Positions 17,992 to 26,840 of a DNA stretch of 48,065 nt are shown here, piece after piece. Made by a program: the position numbers and the translations under genes. This DNA comes from Pedosphaera sp. (GTDB taxonomy: Bacteria; Verrucomicrobiota; Verrucomicrobiia; Limisphaerales; SIBH01): positions 1 through 48,065 of the forward strand of contig JANOQV010000023.1 of the NCBI GenBank assembly GCA_031414955.1, read 5' to 3'. The notes beneath the pieces were generated by a model that ran no database searches, was not told the origin of the DNA, and worked only from the letters and a program-made list of their open reading frames with translations. Each line of letters opens with the position of its first letter. Positions within the stretch are counted from its first letter, which is position 1.

Positions 17992-20900
17992 TTGAGAACC
18001 ATAAAAAGCAGCTTAATCAGGTTGAAGACTCTTCTCTTCTTCGCGTTTCCCTGGGCCGCATCCATCGCCGGCGCCGCCACCATTCCGGGCTTGTTCAATA
18101 CTGGCTTGGACAGCAACGGCGTGGTCCTGGCTGCAGGGTCGCAGGATCCTCATTACCTCATTACTGCGGCAGCGCAGGGACCGATCAACACCGGTGCCAT
18201 CGTCATCTTGAACCACCCTGCCTGGCTGGCCAACAGCGCGGCTTCGAGTTGGATCGGCGTGCTCAATCCGGGTTCGGCCAACGTCAATGCCGGCGACTAC
18301 AATTTCCGGATGACTTTCGATCTCACCGGATTGGAACCTTCCACCGCGCAGATTTCCTTCATGGTTTCGGTGGATAACGACATGAGTGACGTGTTGATCA
18401 ACGGCCAATCGGCCGGCTTGTCCTTCTCCGGCTTTGGCGGGTTTAGCCCGGCGATGACTATTACCAGTGGCTTTGTTGACGGGACCAACACGCTGGAATT
18501 CCGGATGGTCAACGGCGGACCTGCGGCCAATCCAGCGGGGTTTCGCGTTGAATTCATCAGCGGCACCGCCGACCTGCAGCCGCCGGCGGGCACGCCGCCG
18601 ACCATCGTGACTTCGCCCGCGAGCCAGACTGTCGGGCTGGGGGACAGCCTTCTGCTCGGCGTGAGCGCCACGGGCAGCCGCCCGTTCGCCTACCAATGGC
18701 GCTTCAATGGCTCACCCATCGTCAACGCGACCAATTCTACTTTTGTCATCGCCACGGTGAGCAACGGCAACAGCGGGAACTACGACGTCATTGTGAGCAA
18801 CACGGCCGGCGCGCCCACCAGCGGCGTGGCGGTGGTGAACGTGGTGTTCCTCAGCGCGGCGCAGCGCTCCTACGAACCGGCCGGGCCGTCCACGCGGCGC
18901 AGCGGCGTGACCATCTCGGAGATCATGTATCATCCGACGAACCGGGCGGATCTGCGCAACGGCGAGTTCATCGAACTCTATAACTCCAATCCCTTCGCGG
19001 AGGACTTGAGCGGCTACCGGCTCTCCGGCGCATTCAACCACACGTTCGCCGAGGGTGCCAGCATTCCTGGCCTCGGCTACCTCGTGGTCGCGCCAGTGCC
19101 GGCGGACGTGATGGCGATTTACGGCATCAGCGGTGTGCTCGGCGGGGACACCAACAATCTGTCCAACGACTCGGGCACCATCCGGTTGCGGAAAAAATCC
19201 GGCGGCGTGGTGCTGGAAGTGAATTACTCCGACCAACCTCCGTGGCCAGCCGCCGCGGACCGCACGGGGCATTCGCTGGTGCTCGCGCGGCCTTCCTACG
19301 GCGAGAACGATCCGCAATCCTGGGCCGCAAGCGATGTGAAGGGCGGCTCGCCCGGCACCGCCGACCCGGTGCCCTCCGGCGCGCTGGAGAATGTCGTCAT
19401 CAATGAGATCCTCGCGCACACGGATGCACCGCTGTCGGATTACGTCGAGCTTCACAATCATAGTCCGCTCAGCGTGGACGTGTCGGGCGCGTGGTTGAGC
19501 GACAGTGCAACGACGAATAAATTCGAGATTCCGCCCAGCACCGTGCTGCCGCCGGGCGGCTTCGTTTCGTTCGAGGAAGCGGAGCGTGGTTTCGCGCTCG
19601 GGGCGAATGGCGAGACGGTGTACTTCTCGAACCCCGCGCAAACGCGCGTGGTGGATGCGCTGCGTTATCAGGGTCAGGCCAATGGCGTGGCCCTGGGCCG
19701 CTGGCCGGATGGCGAGGGCGCGTTCCGCGAATTGTCAGCGCGCACGCCGGGGACGAACAACGCGGTGCCGCTGGCGCGCCCCATCGTCATCAACGAGATC
19801 ATGTACAATCCCATCTCCGGCGACGACGACGACCAATACGTGGAAGTCCACAATCGCAGCGGCAGCGCGGTGAACCTCGGCGGCTGGCAGTTCACCGCCG
19901 GCATCGATTACCGGTTTCCCGCGAACACGATGCTGGCGCCTGGCGGCTACCTGGTCGTGGCGCGCAACGCTTCGCGCATGATGACGAATTACACCGGCCT
20001 GAACGCGGGGAATCTCTTCGGCAATTTCGGCGGACGCCTGTCCCACGGTGGCGAGCGCGTGGCGCTGGGGATGCCGGATTACAGCTTCCAGACCAATGCA
20101 CAAACACAGGTGATCACCTCGAACGTCGCCTTCTACGTAGTGATGAACGAAGTCACCTACGGCGACGGAGGGCGCTGGGGCAGGTGGTCCGACGGCGGCG
20201 GCAGCAGCCTCGAGTTGGTGGATACTCACAGCGACAACCGACTCGCGCCGAACTGGGCTGACAGCGACGAGACGGCAAAGTCGCAGTGGACCAGCTTCGA
20301 GCACACCGGCGTTCTGGACCTCGGCCATCCGGACATCCCCTCGATTAGCCAGTTCCACTTTTACCTCATGGATGCGGGCGAGGCGATGGTGGACGACCTG
20401 GAAGTCATCTCGAGCGCTGTCAATCGCGTGAGCAATCCGGGCTTCGAGAGCGGGACGAACGGCTGGACGTTCCGCGGCACGCAACGCACGAGCTATTCCA
20501 CGAATGGCGGGTTCAGCGGCGCGAATGCGCTGCGTCTCGTCGCCACCTCACGCGGTGATGTGGTGAATCGCGCGGAGACGACGTTGACCGCCGTACCGGC
20601 CGCAAACTCCACCGTGACCCTGCGCGCCAAGGCCCGCTGGCTGCGCGGCCATCCCGAACTGATGTTGCGCTTGATCGGCAACAGCCTCGAAGCCGTCGGC
20701 AGGCTGTCCGTCCCTCGCAATCTCGGCACGCCTGGGACGGTGAACAGCCGCGCGCGCGCCAACCTCGGACCCGTAATCACTGAGGTCACGCACCGGCCTG
20801 TGCTGCCGCAGGCGGGCCAGACGATCCGGGTGACCGCGCGCGTGCAGGACGTGGACGGCGTGCAGGGAGCGACCTTGGTTTATCGCGTGGATCCGAGCGC

Positions 20901-23900
20901 GACGCTTAACTCCGTCCCGATGAACGACAGCGGAACGAACGGCGATCTGCTGGCGGGCGACGGTATTCACACCGGACTTATTCCCGGACAATCCAGCGGC
21001 GTGATCGTGGCGTTCCGCGTGCAGGCCACGGACAGTTTCGCCCCGATCGGCACGACGCAATTTCCCGAAGATGCGCCGGTTCGGGAATGCCTGGTGCGTG
21101 TCGGGGAAAGCGTGCCGCCGGGAGCGTTCATCACGTATCGGATGTGGATGACCCAGGCGACGTTCGACCGCTGGTCGGCGCAGGAGAAATCCAGCAACGA
21201 GGATTCGGACACGACGTTTGCCTACGGCAATTACCGCGTGGTTTACAACGTGGGTGTGCATTACGGATCGAGCCAGAATTACTCGACCATTCTCACTACG
21301 CCGACCGGCACACTGGTGGGCTACAACATGTCATTCCCGGAGGACGACCTGTTGCTCGGTGCCAGCGGCGTCCGGCTGGACTGGCCGAATCGCGACACGA
21401 CGCAGTTGCGCGAGGTGACGATGTACTGGCTGCTCGATCAATACGGGCTGCCGAATCACTACCGGCGCTTCATCCATCTTCACATCAATGGCGTGAAGCG
21501 CGGCACCATCTACAACGATTCGCAGCGGCCCAATGCCGACTCGATCGAGGAGTGGTATCCGGACGACACCGAGGGCGAGTTGTTCAAGCTCAACCCCTGG
21601 TATGAGGCAAACACCTCCGGAGCCATACTCACAGCCAACTTCATTCCGCCCCGCCTGCTGAACACCACCACCACGGGCGGTGCTACCAAGACAGCCTATT
21701 ACCGCTACGCGTGGCTGCCGCGCGCCGTGAACGGGAGCGCGAACAATTACTCCAACCTGTTTGCCATGATCGCCGCGGCCAACGCGCCGAGCAACGGCTA
21801 TCAATCCGCCGTCGAATGCGTGATCGATATTCCGCAGTGGATGCGGACCTTCGCCATGAACGACCTCGCTTCGTACTGGGATGCCTTCGGCAATCCCAAC
21901 TACAAGAACTCCTACCTCTACCGGCCCGATCGCAGCGGATGGAAGGTCATGTGCTGGGACTTTGACGTGGGGCTGGGCACGGGCAACGGCGGCGGGCAGG
22001 TCCAGGAACGACCAACTGCGGCGCTCTTCGATACCGGCGACCTAGCCCTCCAGCGGATGAACGCCACGCCCTTCATCGTGCGCCACTACTGGGCCGCGCT
22101 GGATGAGGCGGTTTACAGCTTCTTCCAGGCCTCGGCCGTGCAAACATTCCTGGCGGATCGCTACGCGGCGTTTCAGGCGGCGGGCATTGCCGCTGTCTCC
22201 CCGTTCGTCCCCAGCGGCACTGTCCCCACCGGGGAGCCGCAGCGCTCCATCCCGGACTGGATCACGGCACGCCGCGACTTCCTCCTGACGCAGTTGGCCA
22301 CGGTGTCGAACGTCTTCAACGTGACGGGCACCAACTACATGACCACGGGCACCAACCTCATCACCCTCACCGGCACCGCGCCCGTGCGGGTGAATACCAT
22401 CACGGTCAACGGCGTGGCTTACACGCCGATTTGGACCACCGTGAATAGCTGGCGTTTGCAGGTGCCGGTTTTCTCGGGCACGAACGATCTGGTCATCGCC
22501 GGGCTCGACCGCAACGGGAACGTGCTCAGCAACCTCACCGTGACGGTCGAGTTCATCGGCCCGAACCAAGACCCGGCCGACTTCATCGTGATCAACGAGA
22601 TCATGTACAACCCGCTGCTTCCCGGAGCGTCTTACATTGAACTGTTCAACCGATCGACGAACCATTCCTTCGACCTGTCGGGCTGGCGGCTCAACGGCAT
22701 TGATCTCACTTTCCCGCCGGGAACGATCATCAGCAACGGCCACTACCTCGTGATGGCCAAGGACCGCTCGGCGTTTGGGGCGGCGTATGGCTGGCACCTC
22801 CCGGTCCTCTGCGAATTTGACGGCCAGCTCGACAACGGCGGCGAGACCCTGACGCTCTTCAGGCCGGGCGCAACCACGAACGATCCCATGATCGTCGTGG
22901 ACAACTTGCGCTACGACTCGACCCCGCCCTGGTCCACCAACGCCAATGGCACCGGCTCCTCGCTCCAGCTCGTCGATCCCGGCCAGGAGAACGCCCGCGT
23001 GGCCAACTGGTGGAGTTCCTTTGTGCCGGCGGTATACACCGGCGGCATCTCCACCCCGCCCATAACTAATGCCGGCTGGCGTTTCGTCAGCGCCACGGGC
23101 ATCGCCGGTCCTGGCGTTGGCGGCACTCAGATGCGCCTGGTCATCAACCTGGGCGTGGGTGAAGTCAATGGAGCCAGCGTGGTCATCGACGACATCATGG
23201 TCGTGCCCGGCACCAATGCCGGGGTCGGCACCAATTATGTCCGCAATGGCGACTTTGAGACCGGCCCGCTGCTCGAAGTTCCGGCCGTGACCAACAGTTG
23301 GCACATTGGCACCAATTACACCAACACGCTCATCGTGAGCGACCCGGTGCATGGCGGCAGTGGCGCGCTCAAGATCGACTGCCTGACTTTCGGCAACGCC
23401 CAGCCGCGGGTCGTCTCTCAGTTGCTCTCGCCGGCACCGCTGACCAATGCGGTGCACACGTTGAGCTTCTGGTTCAACGCCACCAACATGGCCACCAACC
23501 TCACGGTCAAACTGCTCAACAGCAGTCCGCTGAACATCACGACCAACGTGCAGGTCACGATCACGCCCTCTAATTACGTGCCTGCGACCTTGGTCAACCC
23601 GGCGACGAACTCCCTTTCCCCCGGCGTGGCCAACCAGAACGTGACCAACCTCTCGCTGCCGCCTTTGTGGATCAACGAGGTGCAGGCGGAGAATCTCACC
23701 GGTCTGCTCGACAGCTACGGCCAGCCTGAGCCATGGATCGAAATCTATAATCCCTCGACCAACACCGTGCCGTTGGAGGGGCTGTATCTCTCCGACAATT
23801 ACACCAATCTCACCCAGTGGGCCTTCCCGCCGGGCGCGAGCATCGGACCGACGCAGTTCCTCGTCATCTTCTGCGACGGGCAGCCCTTGCAGACGAGCAA

Positions 23901-25128
23901 CAGCGAGTATCACACCAGCTTCCGGCTCACCCCCGCCTCCGGCGCAGTGGTGTTGTCCATGACCAATCCCACCGCCCTGCCGGCGGTGCTGCTCAATCCG
24001 ACCAACCGCCTGCCCGTGCTCGATTATGTGAACTACGCCGGGCTGCACAGCGACCGCAGTTACGGCAGCTTCCCCGACGGCCGGCCCTTCGAGCGCATGG
24101 AGTTCTTCTACGTCACACCGGGCGGGACCAACGATGGGCGCTCGGCTCCGCTCCAGGTCTTCATCAACGAGTGGATGGCCAGCAACACCGGGCCGTTCAG
24201 CGATCCGGCGGATGATGATTTCGACGACTGGTTCGAGCTCTACAATCCGACCACCAACACGGTGGAACTGGCCGGCTACTACCTGACCGACACGCTGACC
24301 AACAAGTTCAAGTACCTGATCACGACCAACGGGCCGCACACCATCGGGCCGCTGGGCTTCCTGCTGGTCTGGGCGGACAACGAGACGGGGCAGAACACGG
24401 TGGCGGGCGTGCCGCGGCCCGATCTGCACGTGAACTTCCAACTGGCCAAGGCGGGCGAGGCGATCGGTCTCTTCGCCGCCGACGGCACGCAGATCGACGC
24501 CATCATCTTCACCAACGAGTTGGATAACGTGAGCTCGGGGCGTTTCCCGGACGGCAGCGCCAACGGCAGCCCGAATTTTTACGAGATGACCAACACCACG
24601 CCGCGCCTGCCGAACCTGTTAGCCGTGGTCACGAACACCCCGCCGGTACTAGATCCGAACGGGGACCTGGGAGTATACCTCGGGCAGACGCTGACCTTCA
24701 CGGCTACGGCCAGCGACGCAGACCTGCCGGCGCAGGTGCTGGGCTTCACCCTGGACGTGGGAGCGCCGCCCGGAGCGAGCATCCACCCCAACAGCGGCGC
24801 CTTCACCTGGACGCCGACCGCGGTGGGCACCAGTCTGATCACGGTGCGTGTGACCGACAACGGTTCGCCCACGGCCAGCGACATCGAGACGATCACGATG
24901 ACGGTGCTGGCCGCACCCGGCTTCAGCCACAGCGCGAGGAATGGAAACGACTTCGAGCTGACCTGGGGCACGTATCCCGGGAAGAAGTACGCGGTCGAGT
25001 ACAAGGACGACCTGAACGCGCCGGTGTGGATTCCTCTGGAAACGAACACGGCGGCGGGTACGTCCCTCAGCTACACCAACACCACGGGCGTGCCGCAACG
25101 CTTCTTCCATCTGCGGGTGGTGGAGTAA
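17992..25128 (+). CDS. Giant secreted lamin-tail-domain / CotH kinase-family protein with Ig-like domains
   Basis: 2378 aa; signal peptide; repeated (I/V)(N/S)EIMY.P....E(F/Y)(I/V)E(L/V).N lamin-tail motifs; CotH-like region (KNSYLY...WDFD); Ig-like segments; ends QRFFHLRVVE. TTG start uncertain. Confidence 0.85.
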   Translation: MRTIKSSLIRLKTLLFFAFPWAASIAGAATIPGLFNTGLDSNGVVLAAGSQDPHYLITAAAQGPINTGAIVILNHPAWLANSAASSWIGVLNPGSANVNAGDYNFRMTFDLTGLEPSTAQISFMVSVDNDMSDVLINGQSAGLSFSGFGGFSPAMTITSGFVDGTNTLEFRMVNGGPAANPAGFRVEFISGTADLQPPAGTPPTIVTSPASQTVGLGDSLLLGVSATGSRPFAYQWRFNGSPIVNATNSTFVIATVSNGNSGNYDVIVSNTAGAPTSGVAVVNVVFLSAAQRSYEPAGPSTRRSGVTISEIMYHPTNRADLRNGEFIELYNSNPFAEDLSGYRLSGAFNHTFAEGASIPGLGYLVVAPVPADVMAIYGISGVLGGDTNNLSNDSGTIRLRKKSGGVVLEVNYSDQPPWPAAADRTGHSLVLARPSYGENDPQSWAASDVKGGSPGTADPVPSGALENVVINEILAHTDAPLSDYVELHNHSPLSVDVSGAWLSDSATTNKFEIPPSTVLPPGGFVSFEEAERGFALGANGETVYFSNPAQTRVVDALRYQGQANGVALGRWPDGEGAFRELSARTPGTNNAVPLARPIVINEIMYNPISGDDDDQYVEVHNRSGSAVNLGGWQFTAGIDYRFPANTMLAPGGYLVVARNASRMMTNYTGLNAGNLFGNFGGRLSHGGERVALGMPDYSFQTNAQTQVITSNVAFYVVMNEVTYGDGGRWGRWSDGGGSSLELVDTHSDNRLAPNWADSDETAKSQWTSFEHTGVLDLGHPDIPSISQFHFYLMDAGEAMVDDLEVISSAVNRVSNPGFESGTNGWTFRGTQRTSYSTNGGFSGANALRLVATSRGDVVNRAETTLTAVPAANSTVTLRAKARWLRGHPELMLRLIGNSLEAVGRLSVPRNLGTPGTVNSRARANLGPVITEVTHRPVLPQAGQTIRVTARVQDVDGVQGATLVYRVDPSATLNSVPMNDSGTNGDLLAGDGIHTGLIPGQSSGVIVAFRVQATDSFAPIGTTQFPEDAPVRECLVRVGESVPPGAFITYRMWMTQATFDRWSAQEKSSNEDSDTTFAYGNYRVVYNVGVHYGSSQNYSTILTTPTGTLVGYNMSFPEDDLLLGASGVRLDWPNRDTTQLREVTMYWLLDQYGLPNHYRRFIHLHINGVKRGTIYNDSQRPNADSIEEWYPDDTEGELFKLNPWYEANTSGAILTANFIPPRLLNTTTTGGATKTAYYRYAWLPRAVNGSANNYSNLFAMIAAANAPSNGYQSAVECVIDIPQWMRTFAMNDLASYWDAFGNPNYKNSYLYRPDRSGWKVMCWDFDVGLGTGNGGGQVQERPTAALFDTGDLALQRMNATPFIVRHYWAALDEAVYSFFQASAVQTFLADRYAAFQAAGIAAVSPFVPSGTVPTGEPQRSIPDWITARRDFLLTQLATVSNVFNVTGTNYMTTGTNLITLTGTAPVRVNTITVNGVAYTPIWTTVNSWRLQVPVFSGTNDLVIAGLDRNGNVLSNLTVTVEFIGPNQDPADFIVINEIMYNPLLPGASYIELFNRSTNHSFDLSGWRLNGIDLTFPPGTIISNGHYLVMAKDRSAFGAAYGWHLPVLCEFDGQLDNGGETLTLFRPGATTNDPMIVVDNLRYDSTPPWSTNANGTGSSLQLVDPGQENARVANWWSSFVPAVYTGGISTPPITNAGWRFVSATGIAGPGVGGTQMRLVINLGVGEVNGASVVIDDIMVVPGTNAGVGTNYVRNGDFETGPLLEVPAVTNSWHIGTNYTNTLIVSDPVHGGSGALKIDCLTFGNAQPRVVSQLLSPAPLTNAVHTLSFWFNATNMATNLTVKLLNSSPLNITTNVQVTITPSNYVPATLVNPATNSLSPGVANQNVTNLSLPPLWINEVQAENLTGLLDSYGQPEPWIEIYNPSTNTVPLEGLYLSDNYTNLTQWAFPPGASIGPTQFLVIFCDGQPLQTSNSEYHTSFRLTPASGAVVLSMTNPTALPAVLLNPTNRLPVLDYVNYAGLHSDRSYGSFPDGRPFERMEFFYVTPGGTNDGRSAPLQVFINEWMASNTGPFSDPADDDFDDWFELYNPTTNTVELAGYYLTDTLTNKFKYLITTNGPHTIGPLGFLLVWADNETGQNTVAGVPRPDLHVNFQLAKAGEAIGLFAADGTQIDAIIFTNELDNVSSGRFPDGSANGSPNFYEMTNTTPRLPNLLAVVTNTPPVLDPNGDLGVYLGQTLTFTATASDADLPAQVLGFTLDVGAPPGASIHPNSGAFTWTPTAVGTSLITVRVTDNGSPTASDIETITMTVLAAPGFSHSARNGNDFELTWGTYPGKKYAVEYKDDLNAPVWIPLETNTAAGTSLSYTNTTGVPQRFFHLRVVE

Positions 25129-25224
25129 TTGGCTTCACGCGCTTGGATCACCCGAGAACGGATCGGGCGATCAGAAAACGGACGGGGCAGCCTCTTTCCT
25201 GGCCTCAAGGCCAAGCGGGAAGTT

Positions 25225-25253
25225 GGAGGCGTCTGCACTGCGCAGACGCCTCC
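25225..25253. terminator. 12-bp perfect hairpin (terminator or REP-like)
   Basis: GGAGGCGTCTGC-ACTGC-GCAGACGCCTCC downstream of the giant gene; no U-tract. Confidence 0.35.
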
Positions 25254-25301
25254 GGCCAACCCACGCTTTCCCTGCACCACGTCAGCCGCTATGCTCCCGT
25301 C

Positions 25302-25643
25302 ATGTCCAAATACATGATCGCGCAACTCGACGGCATCCCCGCCCAGCGCTGCCCGTGCGGCTTCACCAAACGCGCCTTCGCCGGTTCGCCCGACAACGTG
25401 GCCAGCCTGCACATCGTGGACATCCAGGAGGACTCGCGCACGCACTACCACAAGCGCATGACGGAGATTTACCTCGTGCTGGAAGGCGAGGGACAGATGG
25501 AGTTGGACGGCCAATTGTTTCCCGTGAAACCCATGACGGCGATATACATCCGGCCCGGCTGCCGGCATCGCGCCATCGGCAAATTGAAGATCGTGAACCT
25601 GCCGGTGCCGTCATTTGACGAAAGCGATGAATGGTTTGACTAG
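25302..25643 (+). CDS. Cupin domain protein
   Basis: CPCG, THYHKRMTEIYLVLEGEG, IRPGCRHRA cupin motifs. Confidence 0.88.
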   Translation: MSKYMIAQLDGIPAQRCPCGFTKRAFAGSPDNVASLHIVDIQEDSRTHYHKRMTEIYLVLEGEGQMELDGQLFPVKPMTAIYIRPGCRHRAIGKLKIVNLPVPSFDESDEWFD

Positions 25644-25726
25644 CGCGGGTGCGCGGTGCGGTTGGGGAAGAGCGAGGCGTGGGGGGATGAGGAACGCGCC
25701 CTCGTCGTGGCCCGGAGCGCACTCAC

Positions 25727-25840
25727 CTCTGGAATCTCCACGCCGCGCATCTCGATGGTCTTCCAGCCCAGTGCCTGCTGCGCGCCGATTTGTCTGTCCA
25801 CGCCGTTGACCGCCTCGTCGCCAAGGCCGGTGATGACCCT
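25727..25840 (-). pseudogene. N-terminal remnant of a xylose isomerase-like TIM-barrel gene
   Basis: Translates VITGLGDEAVNGVDRQIGAQQALGWKTIEMRGVEIPE, matching the TG..DE.....QI.....LG...IE.R start of this family; no proper start, and the homology stops after ~38 codons. Confidence 0.55.
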
Positions 25841-25907
25841 GACGGAATCATTCCTGAGACTTGTGCCATGGAGTGACGGCCATGATGCGGTCGACGTGTC
25901 TACAGAA

Positions 25908-25975
25908 GGAGCGCCGAGCTTTGCTCGGCATGAGTGGAACGCCACCACTTCGGGCCGAGCAATGCTCGACGCTCC
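25908..25975. repeat. Short REP doublet (GGAGCGCCGAGC-type)
   Basis: 22-bp inverted arms at 25908-25929 / 25954-25975, 2 mismatches. Confidence 0.75.
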
Positions 25976-26084
25976 GTCATTCTAATGCACGATCCTCATT
26001 AGAGCATCTGCCGGGGGCGAGACAGGCGGCCCGTTCCAGCTTTTGCCATCGACGCCCTTGTGGGCCGGCGGTTTAACTTCCGGC

Positions 26085-26794
26085 ATGGCCGACATCACAG
26101 CGAACGTCGCCTTCACCACCACGCATTGGAGCGTCGTGCGGCACGCGGGCGAGGAAGATTCTCCAGACGTCCGCGCCGCGCTCAGTCATCTCTGTTCCAT
26201 TTACTGGTATCCGCTCTACTCGCATGTGCGGCGGCGCGGTCACGGGCCGGAGGACGCGGCGGATTTCACCCAGGAATTTTTTGCCACGCTCCTGCGCCGA
26301 CGTTCGCTCGCGCACGTCGGGCCGGAGAAGGGTCGCTTCCGGACCTTCCTGCTCACGGCGGTGGATTATTTTCTGCACGATCAGAAATCGCGTGAACACG
26401 CGGCCAAGCGCGGCAATGGCGTGCCGCTCGTCGCATTGGACGCCCTGACCGCCGAGCAGCGTTTCGCCCTGGAACCAGCCACGGAGGAAACGCCCGACAA
26501 GGCCTTCGACCGGCGCTGGGCGGCGGCCTTGCTCGAACAGGCCTTCGCGCGTTTGGAAAAAGAGCAGGCCGGCAAGAACGGAACTTTTGCGCGGCTCAAA
26601 CCGCTGCTCGGGCGCCCGGTCGAGCCCGGTGAATACGAAGCGCTGGCGGCTAACTGGCGCTGACCCCGAACACCATCGCGCAGACCGTGCGCCGTCTCCG
26701 TCTGCGCGCGCGTGAACTCTTGCTTGAGGAGGCTGCGCACACCGTCGCCGCCACCGGCGACGCGGAGAGAGAACTGCGCGAGTTGTTTGGCTGA
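26085..26794 (+). pseudogene. ECF sigma factor (kinase-associated type), frameshifted
   Basis: FTTTHWSVV, LCSIYWYPLY, DFTQEFF, KGRFRTFLL, FDRRWA. The frame ends at 26663, but the sigma4 tail LALTPNTIAQTVRRLRLRARELLLEE...ERELRELFG* continues from 26654 in the -1 frame to 26794. Confidence 0.85.
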
Positions 26795-26799
26795 TTCTT

Positions 26800-26839
26800 C
26801 GTCATCATCCGGCGCGTTCGCCGATGAACAGCAGTGAAC
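26800..26839 (+). promoter_or_regulatory. Candidate ECF-dependent promoter motif, copy 1
   Basis: CGTCATC-N14-CCGAT-N8-GTGAAC, same spacing as at 30106-30145. Confidence 0.55.
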
Positions 26840-26840
26840 C

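Noticed and set aside
26645..26665. Programmed ribosomal frameshift or phase variation in the ECF gene
   Set aside because: No X-XXY-YYZ slippery site or simple-sequence tract; a plain deletion or sequencing error is more parsimonious
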